Of a stretch of 64,000 nt of DNA, positions 33,645 to 41,967 are shown piece by piece. The DNA is taken from the sequence record PZ179882.1. One strand, given 5' to 3'. A program made the position numbers and the translations under genes. The DNA comes from a phage. Numbering within the stretch: position 1 is the first letter of the stretch; each line of letters begins with the position of its first letter. The notes under the pieces are model-generated. The model ran no database searches and had not been told where the DNA came from. It worked only from the letters and a program-made list of their open reading frames with translations.

Positions 33645-34301
33645 ATGGCAGCACCTAGAATATCATTTTCGCCCTCTGATATTCTGTTTGGTGTTCTAGA
33701 TCGCTTGTTCAAAGATAATGCTACCGGGGAAGTTCTTGCTTCCAGGGTAGCTGTCGTAATTCTTTTGTTTATAATGGCGATTGTTTGGTATAGGGGAGAT
33801 AGTTTCTTTGAGTACTATAAGCAATCAAAGTATGAAACATACAGTGAAATTATTGAAAAGGAAAGAAATGCACGCTTTGAATCTGTCGCCCTGGAACAAC
33901 TCCAGATAGTTCATATATCATCTGAGGCAGACTTTAGTGCGGTGTATTCTTTCCGCCCTAAAAACTTAAACTATTTTGTTGATATTATAGCATATGAAGG
34001 AAAATTACCTTCAACAATAAGTGAAAAAACACTTGGAGGATATCCTGTTGATAAAACTATGGATGAATATGCAGTTCATTTAAATGGACGTCATTATTAT
34101 TCCAACTCAAAATTTGCTTTTTTACCAACTAAAAAGCCTACTCCCGAAATAAACTACATGTACAGTTGTCCATATTTCAATTTGGATAATATCTATGCTG
34201 GAACAATAACCATGTACTGGTATAGAAATGATCATATAAGTAATGACCGCCTTGAATCAATATGTTCTCAGGCGGCCAGAATATTAGGAAGGGCTAAATA
34301 A
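33645..34301 (+). CDS. t: holin t, 218 aa
   Basis: MAAPRISFSPSDILFGVLDRLF…, single TM segment then large periplasmic domain; matches T4 holin. Confidence 0.93.
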   Translation: MAAPRISFSPSDILFGVLDRLFKDNATGEVLASRVAVVILLFIMAIVWYRGDSFFEYYKQSKYETYSEIIEKERNARFESVALEQLQIVHISSEADFSAVYSFRPKNLNYFVDIIAYEGKLPSTISEKTLGGYPVDKTMDEYAVHLNGRHYYSNSKFAFLPTKKPTPEINYMYSCPYFNLDNIYAGTITMYWYRNDHISNDRLESICSQAARILGRAK

Positions 34302-34574
34302 TTATTTGTTTGTATACATCTCTAGATATCGATATACACCCTCAAAACCCTCGTTGAATTCGTCGATGAGGGTTTTCTTATCTTCTTGGGTTAATTCAGA
34401 AACAATTTTACGGAATGAATTCTGATTTAACTTTCTACCTTCATGCGTTACTCCAATCTCATTCAGAAATGCAATAAAATTAGCACGATTCTCAACAATA
34501 TCTTCTCTGGAAAATTTAATCAAAATAGACGCAACAGTAATAATTTCACGAACTGTATCAATGTTTTTATTCAT
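34302..34574 (-). CDS. asiA: anti-sigma70 factor AsiA, 90 aa
   Basis: MNKNIDTVREIITVASILIKFSREDIVENRANF… matches T4 AsiA. Confidence 0.95.
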   Translation of the reverse strand: MNKNIDTVREIITVASILIKFSREDIVENRANFIAFLNEIGVTHEGRKLNQNSFRKIVSELTQEDKKTLIDEFNEGFEGVYRYLEMYTNK

Positions 34575-34586
34575 TAACTATACCAC

Positions 34587-34739
34587 TCAATTAGTTGACT
34601 TTATTATAATATCATCAGACGTTTGATTTGTAAACTGGTCTGTATTATTTTCTTCAAAAATTTTTTCTACGAATTCCTTGAACGACTCGCGTTCCTGAGC
34701 TACATTATGCTCGATTACCTTTTCAAGATTATGACTCAT
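34587..34739 (-). CDS. small acidic protein, 50 aa
   Basis: ATG overlaps arn stop (ATGA); below track threshold; contains early-promoter-like GTTTAC…TATAAT for asiA. Confidence 0.4.
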   Translation of the reverse strand: MSHNLEKVIEHNVAQERESFKEFVEKIFEENNTDQFTNQTSDDIIIKSTN

Positions 34740-35014
34740 TCGAAATAATCTTCAATTTCGTAATCATGGACGTAAAACATTATAGTTTTTAATACATCAT
34801 CAATACTTTTTCCTGGAGCTGGAATTACATAAAAATATCCCGCCTTTGAGTTATCTTTATAAGTTCCAACCAAGAAATCATTATTCTCGAGATGTAGTTC
34901 TTCAACTAATTCATTAACAATTGAGTGGTATAAATTTGGTAGAAGCTTATATAGCTTTTCTAGAATATCAATTTTGATTGTATATTGAACCACAGATTGA
35001 GAATCAATAATCAT
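34736..35014 (-). CDS. arn: Arn, anti-restriction inhibitor of McrBC, 92 aa
   Basis: 92-aa acidic protein adjacent to asiA as in T4. Confidence 0.88.
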   Translation of the reverse strand: MIIDSQSVVQYTIKIDILEKLYKLLPNLYHSIVNELVEELHLENNDFLVGTYKDNSKAGYFYVIPAPGKSIDDVLKTIMFYVHDYEIEDYFE

Positions 35015-35119
35015 AGACCTTCCCCTTATGTTTCTGTTTGCGATTAGATTCTTTAAACGCTTTCTTCTTATCCTTATGGACAGAAGCTTTATTAAAATTA
35101 TGTTTTGCGACTAAATTGT

Positions 35120-35317
35120 TCATAGTGCTGAATTACCCTCTCTCAAACATTTGCATGTGAATGAAAACTTTTTAGCTACACCACATTCAAATATATGTTC
35201 TCTTAAATCACGTGTGTCAGTATATCCCATCTCAACAATAAAATGCCGTATTAGATTTTTATCTTTATCATTGAGAGAGTTAAAATAATCAGATTTTGAA
35301 TTAATTTCCCTGGCCAA
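35120..35317 (-). CDS. hypothetical protein, 65 aa (arn.1 slot)
   Basis: Track ORF. Confidence 0.5.
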   Translation of the reverse strand: MAREINSKSDYFNSLNDKDKNLIRHFIVEMGYTDTRDLREHIFECGVAKKFSFTCKCLREGNSAL

Positions 35318-35597
35318 ATTGAATCACCTTCAGTTGACGTTTTAGTTCTTTTATCATTTCTTCGTTCATCGCAATATAAAGATCGCGTAAAGCGGGTTTT
35401 AACATTCCATTTACTGGAGAACTAAATGGACATACATAATCTTTTCCTACGAGCTTTTTAGTTAATTCCATGTCACAAAACTGAAATGCTGGTTCATTGG
35501 CATAAATTCCCCAATTAGTTGACATCATTTTATTGGCATATTCCAATGCTTGGATTTGATTAGTAATTCCATCAATTTGAAACTTTTTAATATTCAT
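35301..35597 (-). CDS. hypothetical protein, 98 aa (arn.2 slot)
   Basis: Track ORF. Confidence 0.5.
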   Translation of the reverse strand: MNIKKFQIDGITNQIQALEYANKMMSTNWGIYANEPAFQFCDMELTKKLVGKDYVCPFSSPVNGMLKPALRDLYIAMNEEMIKELKRQLKVIQFGQGN

Positions 35598-36058
35598 TAG
35601 TAAAGGTCCTCAGAGTAAAGTTCTTTTTCACTACCACCGCGTTCAATACGTACTTGTCCAGCGTAAGTTGCAATAATCATTGCTTCTTCACGTGTCCAAT
35701 AATTACTATATTGGTCAATAAACCCTTGATCATCATCACAAACTTGCTGAGTAACTAATTGAGGTTTAACTACATCTAAAACTTCTGCCATATCTTTAGA
35801 ATAATGACGAGCACCCGGAATAATAAGAGTTCGTCCATCTTTTAATCTAAAACGGTTGGCTGCGCAAACAATCCGTCGTTGGTACTTTTGGTTTTCATCC
35901 CAGTATGCAGACTGCCAACAGATTTCCGGAACTTCTTTTAAAATATCTTCTTCTGTGCATTTATAACCATGTGCTTTAAATTTTTGAACAAGACTTTCTG
36001 GAGTTTCACGAGATAAAGGAACATTCAGCATTTTTAAACGATTAATAAATGGGTTCAT
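35597..36058 (-). CDS. hypothetical protein, 153 aa (arn.3 slot)
   Basis: Track ORF. Confidence 0.55.
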   Translation of the reverse strand: MNPFINRLKMLNVPLSRETPESLVQKFKAHGYKCTEEDILKEVPEICWQSAYWDENQKYQRRIVCAANRFRLKDGRTLIIPGARHYSKDMAEVLDVVKPQLVTQQVCDDDQGFIDQYSNYWTREEAMIIATYAGQVRIERGGSEKELYSEDLY

Positions 36059-36384
36059 TTAAACCATCCTTTAATACGCTGCCACAAAGTTTTCTGTTGA
36101 GCTTTGTTAACACCAATTGAGCGAATAACTGGTTGAGATTCCTGGAATTCTTTATAATCAGCAAGGTAAATTTCGTAAGCTGAATCCGTAAAGGAACTTA
36201 TCGCTGCCATGAAATTATTGCGAATACCTACTGGAGCATCTTTACTTTCACGAATAATCATGTATTTGCCAGTCTTAATCTTTACAATAGTTCCAAGATA
36301 AGCCCCATGGTACCAGATGTCCCATCCCTCTTGAGTAGGTTCTGCGCAACGACGAAGTTCATTGACAATTTCTAACTTGTTCAT
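36055..36384 (-). CDS. hypothetical protein, 109 aa (arn.4 slot)
   Basis: Track ORF. Confidence 0.55.
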   Translation of the reverse strand: MNKLEIVNELRRCAEPTQEGWDIWYHGAYLGTIVKIKTGKYMIIRESKDAPVGIRNNFMAAISSFTDSAYEIYLADYKEFQESQPVIRSIGVNKAQQKTLWQRIKGWFK

Positions 36385-36394
36385 TATTTATTCC

Positions 36395-37030
36395 TCACAG
36401 TTCAGATGCTACGGTGATTACAGCTTCAATGTTTTCTGCTGAACGTTTAATGTCAAGATACACATTACCGTTTTTAGCGATTTTACATGACATTCCGATA
36501 TCAGTAAATTTCTGAATATGATGTTCCATCATTTTGTATCCAAAAATTCGCATATTTCCATTATTGTTAATTTCAAAATTACGAATTCCGTGAGTGCGTT
36601 TTTCTAAAATAGCAAGATAGTTACTGCGGTAAGTTTCAACCTTTTTGAGAACAAATCCATTTTCATCTAAAAGTTTTAGCATGTGGTCTTTATCTTCTTC
36701 CATATCGGAAGTAATCTCACGAGCTTTACGAGTTGCTCGTTTTTTCAGCAGTTCAGGAGCGTTTTCCTGTGCGTATAAAGTTGCTGCATTTGAAATAATA
36801 TCCTGAGCTTCACCAGTAATGATTAATCCATCACCAGATTTCTCCACCAGGCCTTTTTTAATCAATACCCCAATATTACTATTAACTACTGCATTACCTA
36901 AATCTGGATGCACCTCACGAACTTCTGCAGCTGTAATGAAATCTTTCTTAGCAATGGTAATTAAAATCGCAGCAGTTTTTTCATTCAGAACATCGTTAGA
37001 AGCTTTGATGATGTAAGTTACTTTAGACAT
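36395..37030 (-). CDS. motA: middle-transcription activator MotA, 211 aa
   Basis: MSKVTYIIKASNDVLNEKTAAILITIAKKDF… matches T4 MotA. Confidence 0.95.
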   Translation of the reverse strand: MSKVTYIIKASNDVLNEKTAAILITIAKKDFITAAEVREVHPDLGNAVVNSNIGVLIKKGLVEKSGDGLIITGEAQDIISNAATLYAQENAPELLKKRATRKAREITSDMEEDKDHMLKLLDENGFVLKKVETYRSNYLAILEKRTHGIRNFEINNNGNMRIFGYKMMEHHIQKFTDIGMSCKIAKNGNVYLDIKRSAENIEAVITVASEL

Positions 37031-37135
37031 TTTAATCTCCGTTTCAGTTCATTTATTTGATAGGTCTATAGTATCATGTTTAAAGCAGAAGTAAACACTT
37101 TTTTGCACTCTTTTTCAAGAGCTCTAATAAAGTAC

Positions 37136-37363
37136 TTACTTAATGTTCAGATTACGAACTTCGATTTCGTCTTCATGGGCAAAATCAAACTGTTTGAATT
37201 CTGTGTCACCTTTAAATTTAAAAATCATTGTGAAGAAAGTCAGAACACCAGGTTTTTCTTCACGAACTCCACAGATATCATATTCAATACCATCTACAAC
37301 CAGTTTGTTAGCAGTCAGAGCATTTTTAGCTTTAACGATTTCGTTTTCGATTTTAAATTTCAT
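37136..37363 (-). CDS. hypothetical protein, 75 aa (motA.1 slot)
   Basis: Track ORF with GGAGAT SD; preceded by early promoter cassette. Confidence 0.55.
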   Translation of the reverse strand: MKFKIENEIVKAKNALTANKLVVDGIEYDICGVREEKPGVLTFFTMIFKFKGDTEFKQFDFAHEDEIEVRNLNIK

Positions 37364-37412
37364 TTTTTGTATCTCCGGGTTGTTTGTTTCAGTTCATTTA
37401 TTTGATAGTTGT

Positions 37413-37442
37413 ATAGTACCACAGTATGCTTTGGTTGTAAAC
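37413..37442 (-). promoter_or_regulatory. T4-type early promoter (-35 GTTTAC, 18 nt, TGGTACTAT)
   Basis: Minus strand GTTTACaaccaaagcatactgTGGTACTAT + conserved leader ACAACTATC. Confidence 0.5.
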
Positions 37443-37463
37443 CGTTTTGTGAAAAAATTTTTG

Positions 37464-37493
37464 AAATAAAAAAGGGAGAGCCGAGGCTCTCCC
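37464..37493 (-). terminator. intrinsic terminator
   Basis: GGGAGAG-loop-CTCTCCC hairpin followed by T6 on minus strand. Confidence 0.65.
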
Positions 37494-37498
37494 TAAAA

Positions 37499-37648
37499 TT
37501 ACTGCATGACTGTGATAACTGTCATGATAACACGTTGAATTCCGAACGCAAGAAGACCTCCTGCTACGGCAGGAACAACACCTAAACCCGCCAGTAAAAT
37601 TCCACCAGATACTAATGCAGCGCTTGTGATACCAATGAATGGACTCAT
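37499..37648 (-). CDS. small Gly/Ala-rich hydrophobic peptide, 49 aa
   Basis: MSPFIGITSAALVSGGILLAGLGVVPAVAGGLLAFG…; ATG overlaps gene 52 stop (ATGA). Confidence 0.45.
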   Translation of the reverse strand: MSPFIGITSAALVSGGILLAGLGVVPAVAGGLLAFGIQRVIMTVITVMQ

Positions 37649-38973
37649 TTGATTTCCTCTAAATCTTTGGTGTATTCTGTAACTACATCAGTAGTTTTCC
37701 AATATTCGTTTTCTTCTTTTTTGGCTTTAGCTTCTTCAGCAAGTTTCTTTGCTTCGTCGGAAGTCATATGAAAAATGTTCATTCCAACTAGTTTATCAAC
37801 ATAAGAAGAATACATATCAATTTTAGAAAGTTCTTCGGTCAGTTCTTTGCGAGTTTTACCTTGTACAACAATTTCACCTGAAATTACTTTCTTAATGAAA
37901 TGTGCCTTGGCAAAAGCTAAACGAAATGCTGATTCAGTTTCTTTGATTTTGTTATCAATTCGTTTTTGGACATAAGTTTTACGAACTTCAACGAAGTCTT
38001 TGATTAAATCAACTACATTATCGTAAACTTGCAGCTTTCCTTTCTCATTAATGACGGTAATATTCTGGGAACGACGCTCAATCAACCCGAAGTCTTTCAT
38101 AATTTTTGCATGGCGTTCTTCTTCATTATCGCTCAAAGAGTATTCTTTTCGGAATTTAACTTTGAAGCCAAAGCCATGCTCACCACAAGCATCATCCCAT
38201 GTAATGAAGCCTTTATCTTCAAGCGGGTCTAAGATTTTACTCACATAAGTTTCACGATCATACTTATATGGAATCTCAGTGATATGCATTTGAGTTCGTG
38301 AAGTAAACTTATATGTTCCACGAATTTCATATTGCCCATCAATTTCAACGACTTCACCACGAAATTCTGGGAATTCTACCTTCGGTTTAGTTACTTTCTT
38401 TCCTTGAAGAGCTTGCAGTACAGCTTTCTTGACAGAAGAAACACTATGAGGAAGAATGTAAGTTGCATAACCAGTTGCAATACCGGAAACGCCATTAAGA
38501 AGAACAGTAGGAATAATAGGCAAATAGAAAGCAGGCGGAATGTGTTCTTTATCTTGATGTACTGGAGCATATTCAGTATCTTTATATACGTTATAGAAAT
38601 TTTTACTTACACGAGCAAAAATATAACGACTTGCTGCTGCCTTTTGGACAGTACGAGAACCAAAGTTTCCTTGACCGTCTAACAGAGGAAAGTTATTATT
38701 CCAAGTGTTAGCCATCAAAGCACCTGCGTCTTGCGCAGAGTTTTCACCGTGATGATATCCAAGGTCCGCTACACCGCCTGCGATAGAAGCGAGTTTGTGA
38801 AACTTATCTTTATTTCCTCGTGCCAAATCAAGAGCTCGAGCAATAACAAATCGTTGAACTGGCTTAAATCCGTCAATCATATTTGGAATGGCACGATTTT
38901 CAACCGTGTACATAGCATAAGCCAATGCTTCATTATCAATGATACTTTTTAAATCACGATTATTCAGTTGCAT
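37645..38973 (-). CDS. 52: DNA topoisomerase II medium subunit gp52 (GyrA-like), 442 aa
   Basis: MQLNNRDLKSIIDNEALAYAMYTVENRAIPNMIDGFKPVQR… matches T4 gp52. Confidence 0.95.
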   Translation of the reverse strand: MQLNNRDLKSIIDNEALAYAMYTVENRAIPNMIDGFKPVQRFVIARALDLARGNKDKFHKLASIAGGVADLGYHHGENSAQDAGALMANTWNNNFPLLDGQGNFGSRTVQKAAASRYIFARVSKNFYNVYKDTEYAPVHQDKEHIPPAFYLPIIPTVLLNGVSGIATGYATYILPHSVSSVKKAVLQALQGKKVTKPKVEFPEFRGEVVEIDGQYEIRGTYKFTSRTQMHITEIPYKYDRETYVSKILDPLEDKGFITWDDACGEHGFGFKVKFRKEYSLSDNEEERHAKIMKDFGLIERRSQNITVINEKGKLQVYDNVVDLIKDFVEVRKTYVQKRIDNKIKETESAFRLAFAKAHFIKKVISGEIVVQGKTRKELTEELSKIDMYSSYVDKLVGMNIFHMTSDEAKKLAEEAKAKKEENEYWKTTDVVTEYTKDLEEIK

Positions 38974-38977
38974 AAAT

Positions 38978-39118
38978 TTACCATACTAGTGAATGTAGTG
39001 CCATAATAACATCAGAAATGAAAAGCACGACTTGAATTAATCCGAACATTACTCCATAATATAGCGCTACCAATAAAGTAGCAAGGGCTAATGAATAGCC
39101 CAAGATTTTCTTAATCAT
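38978..39118 (-). CDS. small membrane peptide, 46 aa (52.1 slot)
   Basis: MIKKILGYSLALATLLVALYYGVMFGLIQVVLF…; single TM helix. Confidence 0.45.
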   Translation of the reverse strand: MIKKILGYSLALATLLVALYYGVMFGLIQVVLFISDVIMALHSLVW

Positions 39119-39269
39119 TGGTAGATAACAACACAAATGTTAAATATGCACACATACCCTGGGCTAAAGCTTGTGAAAACACACTGCTAGCATCAATACA
39201 GATAGTTAAAACACATGCTACTATCCAACAAATAAATGAAATAACTCCTAATAGTTTCGCAATATTCAT
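39111..39269 (-). CDS. small membrane peptide, 52 aa (ac-like, acridine-resistance slot)
   Basis: GAGGAAAA SD then MNIAKLLGVISFICWIVACVLTIC…; adjacent to stp as ac is in T4. Confidence 0.5.
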   Translation of the reverse strand: MNIAKLLGVISFICWIVACVLTICIDASSVFSQALAQGMCAYLTFVLLSTND

Positions 39270-39276
39270 ATTTTCC

Positions 39277-39357
39277 TCACTGGCGTCCGAAGACGCCTTT
39301 AGTTTTAAGATTGTTACGATAGAACTGCATTACATGTTCGTTATGGAAATTACTCAT
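39277..39357 (-). CDS. stp: Stp peptide (suppressor of three-prime phosphatase; PrrC-EcoprrI effector), 26 aa
   Basis: Translates [26 protein letters not shown]; ATG overlaps ndd stop. Confidence 0.8.
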
Positions 39358-39812
39358 TAATATGCCTGCAAAACAAATTTAAAGTTATCAGCCAACATAC
39401 GATTCATTTCTTCAAGCGTTTGATACTCAGAATGATGATTACGAGTAAACGCTAAAGCTAACTGACCTTTTCCAAATCCCGTCGTCAGAGGTTTCATCTT
39501 AGAAGCAGGTAGATAAAATACCGTGTATGGAACATTGTTATTTGCAATAGTACGCGCAAGCTGAGATCGACGCTGGCGAATATGACTTAGAACTGCACTG
39601 AATCCTTGCTTAGAACGCTGATTACCTACATAAAATCGTGCAGATACACACGGACTATCAAATGGACCACCAAATTTGCTCACTAAAAAGTAAAATCCAG
39701 GTTTAGATAAAATATCTTTATGCGGAGTTCCCAAAAACCACTCACCGCCCTTGATTGTACCAATAACAGTAGCGCCTGCGTTGTTCAGATCAGTAACAGT
39801 CATGTATTTCAT
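39357..39812 (-). CDS. ndd: nucleoid disruption protein Ndd, 151 aa
   Basis: [33 protein letters not shown]… matches T4 Ndd; start at Met 19 of track ORF. Confidence 0.9.
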
Positions 39813-39870
39813 ATTAATTTCCTCTAAATTATTTTCTACTCCATGGCCGCATGAATACGCGGCCATTAAA

Positions 39871-40086
39871 TTAATCGTCGCAGTCGACGCTCAATTCCCA
39901 AAACTCTTCTACAGTATAAGTTTCAGTATCATTTTCAATACAGAAACGTTCATTACTGTTATTTGCTAAAGTAGCATTAACTGTCGGTTTCTCGTTAGTG
40001 CTCTTAAGAGGTGAAATACGAATTAACTGATCACCGTTATCTAAACAAAAAATTTCACCAACTTTTACATCTTTAAAACTTTTCAT
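39871..40086 (-). CDS. hypothetical protein, 71 aa (ndd.1 slot)
   Basis: Track ORF. Confidence 0.5.
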   Translation of the reverse strand: MKSFKDVKVGEIFCLDNGDQLIRISPLKSTNEKPTVNATLANNSNERFCIENDTETYTVEEFWELSVDCDD

Positions 40087-40094
40087 AATTCACC

Positions 40095-40202
40095 TCAAGG
40101 AGTATAAAATCCAAACGCAGTTGTTGACCATCCCATCCAATATGGGAAATTTGCACCAATGTAAAACATAAGAATATAAAACCAAATGCTTAGTAAATTC
40201 AT
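40095..40202 (-). CDS. tiny hydrophobic peptide, 35 aa
   Basis: MNLLSIWFYILMFYIGANFPYWMGW…; start overlaps upstream stop; no clear SD. Confidence 0.35.
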   Translation of the reverse strand: MNLLSIWFYILMFYIGANFPYWMGWSTTAFGFYTP

Positions 40203-40420
40203 CATTTTACACCATTCCAAATTGTTTCAACCACAGATTTTAAACCATTTTGATGAATATCAATTCCGACTACTGTCATCAAATAGATTCCAACTACAAC
40301 TGAACCTAAGGCAAAAATCAGCATGAAAATGAATAAAGCCGGAAAAATATTATCGAAAAACCACTCAATAAATGTAAAAGCACTGCGTTTACGCTTCATA
40401 TTTTCCTCACATAAATCCAA
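40202..40420 (-). CDS. small membrane protein, 72 aa
   Basis: Track ORF; two hydrophobic segments. Confidence 0.55.
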   Translation of the reverse strand: MDLCEENMKRKRSAFTFIEWFFDNIFPALFIFMLIFALGSVVVGIYLMTVVGIDIHQNGLKSVVETIWNGVK

Positions 40421-40520
40421 AGTAAACGTTTAATACATCAATCATTAAAACGATTGGGAATATACTCAAAACTATTAGTATTATAACTACATTCCATATA
40501 GCTTTAACAATCTTTTTCAT
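40407..40520 (-). CDS. tiny membrane peptide, 37 aa
   Basis: MKKIVKAIWNVVIILIVLSIFPIVLMIDVL…; lies just downstream of early promoter cassette; track ORF N-terminal extension judged spurious. Confidence 0.45.
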   Translation of the reverse strand: MKKIVKAIWNVVIILIVLSIFPIVLMIDVLNVYFGFM

Positions 40521-40534
40521 TTTCTGTTCTTCCG

Positions 40535-40578
40535 TAGTTGATAGTTGTATAGTACCACGGAAGAACAGTCTTGTAAAC
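40535..40578 (-). promoter_or_regulatory. T4-type early promoter with conserved leader (PeSL-like cassette copy)
   Basis: Minus strand GTTTACaagactgttcttccgTGGTACTATACAACTATCAACTAC. Confidence 0.5.
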
Positions 40579-40585
40579 AACTTTT

Positions 40586-40684
40586 TTAAAAATATTCGTA
40601 ATAAATGTGAATACCAACTACTACCGCTGAAACCTGTGCAACCCACCACGCACAAGCAATAAGTACAGAATTCAAAATTTTCAT
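40586..40684 (-). CDS. tiny membrane peptide, 32 aa
   Basis: GAGG SD then MKILNSVLIACAWWVAQVSAVVVGIHIYYEYF. Confidence 0.4.
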   Translation of the reverse strand: MKILNSVLIACAWWVAQVSAVVVGIHIYYEYF

Positions 40685-40767
40685 AATAACCTCATCACAA
40701 AAGTAAATGTTAAACAAATTACTGGAATACTAATTAACCAAACAAAACACCACCATAATGAACTCAT
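40681..40767 (-). CDS. tiny membrane peptide, 28 aa
   Basis: MSSLWWCFVWLISIPVICLTFTFVMRLL; ATGA overlaps on both sides. Confidence 0.4.
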   Translation of the reverse strand: MSSLWWCFVWLISIPVICLTFTFVMRLL

Positions 40768-41027
40768 AGTTCAATCTCAATGATTTCAAGATTATTTTCT
40801 TTAATAGCTTTCTTTAAATCATCGTAAATAAGAACTTCCCAAGAATTGTTTAAATCACCATTCAACAAACGCTCTTGTTGCAATTTATCAGTAAGATATG
40901 GTTGGTCTGATTCATATTTAGACAATCCCAATGAAATAAATGATGTTGCATCGTCAATTTCAGAATATTGTACATGAACAAATTCACCTGTGATTTTATG
41001 TTTAACATAAAAGAATTTAAATTTCAT
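40764..41027 (-). CDS. hypothetical protein, 87 aa
   Basis: Track ORF preceded by early promoter cassette. Confidence 0.55.
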   Translation of the reverse strand: MKFKFFYVKHKITGEFVHVQYSEIDDATSFISLGLSKYESDQPYLTDKLQQERLLNGDLNNSWEVLIYDDLKKAIKENNLEIIEIEL

Positions 41028-41039
41028 TTTTGTTCCTCT

Positions 41040-41084
41040 GTAGTTGATAGTTGTATAGTACCACGGTCCTTGTAGTATGTAAAC
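41040..41084 (-). promoter_or_regulatory. T4-type early promoter with conserved leader (PeSL-like cassette copy)
   Basis: Minus strand GTTTACatactacaaggaccgTGGTACTATACAACTATCAACTAC then SD and ATG at 41027. Confidence 0.5.
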
Positions 41085-41100
41085 TAGTTTATGAAATTTT

Positions 41101-41658
41101 TTAGATGGAAAGATACCATCCGTTGTAGTTGCTTTTTCGCACTACCTTACGAAGGTCTTCTCTATCACCAATGAACTTCGGAGTGTACTGGATGACACCT
41201 GGATGAATTTCTTTAGTGTTGAATATAATTATACAGTCCGCGACTTGATGATTCAGAATGGGCCCTAGATTTATTCCAGAACCATATGGATACTCTCCGC
41301 TGCATCCTGTTGTTACCGAAATCCAACGTGAGTCAGTTTGATGGGTTTTGACTTCTACGCGAAGTCCGCAGTATCTTGGGTGCGCCAATACATCCCATGC
41401 ATATGTATACGGGTCATTAACATCCTCTTGGCCTTTGTTAACATACCCGCTCAGCCAATCTGCTACAAAAAACTCTGCATACACAGCGATACGGCATCTT
41501 TCGATGACTTCTGCTTTATCCTGATTAGGATTTTGTTTTAAAGAGTATCTTGCTGTATCAGCAATTTTGACCTTCATTTCACTAGTCAAATCATTGTTCG
41601 ATAGGGTAAATGTCGGAATCTGAAATAGTCTCTGTAAACCTGGATTCGTTTTCTGCAT
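41101..41658 (-). CDS. denB: endonuclease IV, 185 aa
   Basis: 185-aa ORF directly after rIIB/denB.1 as in T4. Confidence 0.8.
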   Translation of the reverse strand: MQKTNPGLQRLFQIPTFTLSNNDLTSEMKVKIADTARYSLKQNPNQDKAEVIERCRIAVYAEFFVADWLSGYVNKGQEDVNDPYTYAWDVLAHPRYCGLRVEVKTHQTDSRWISVTTGCSGEYPYGSGINLGPILNHQVADCIIIFNTKEIHPGVIQYTPKFIGDREDLRKVVRKSNYNGWYLSI

Positions 41659-41723
41659 TAAACTTTCCTTTTACGTCGGAATCACTGATATTCATATAAT
41701 AAATCATAGTTTCTCTTAAAACA

Positions 41724-41741
41724 AAAGGGCCGAAGCCCTTT
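41724..41741 (-). terminator. GC hairpin (AGGGC-TTCG-GCCCT) + U-run after 64-aa ORF
   Basis: Hairpin followed by TTTTGTTTT on minus strand; near-identical hairpin at 41954..41970. Confidence 0.5.
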
Positions 41742-41744
41742 ACT

Positions 41745-41939
41745 TTATTTGAATTGTGCAATTCTTTTTTCTAAACAATCTGCATAAGATTTCATTGAGA
41801 TGAACTGTGAAAGCAGTAATTCTTGCTCAACTGCATTAACCGTTGAAAACTTTTCACTTTCTAAAAATTTGCTCAATGCATTAATTTTGAGCATTAATTG
41901 ATCGTATTCTTCTTTTACTCGTGCTTGATAACCTAACAT
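41745..41939 (-). CDS. hypothetical protein, 64 aa (denB.1 slot)
   Basis: Track ORF; AAGGAAA SD. Confidence 0.55.
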   Translation of the reverse strand: MLGYQARVKEEYDQLMLKINALSKFLESEKFSTVNAVEQELLLSQFISMKSYADCLEKRIAQFK

Positions 41940-41967
41940 AATTTTCCTTAGTTAAGGGCCGAAGCCC

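Noticed and set aside
40521-40655. N-terminal extension of track ORF 40407..40655
   Set aside because: The extension covers the early-promoter cassette and the upstream tiny ORF in another frame; the real start is most likely the internal ATG at 40520.
20621-41084. Possibility that the repeated 24-bp motif is a CRISPR array or satellite
   Set aside because: Copies are kilobases apart, each in a promoter context upstream of a gene, with no regular spacing or spacer units; promoter/leader cassettes fit better.
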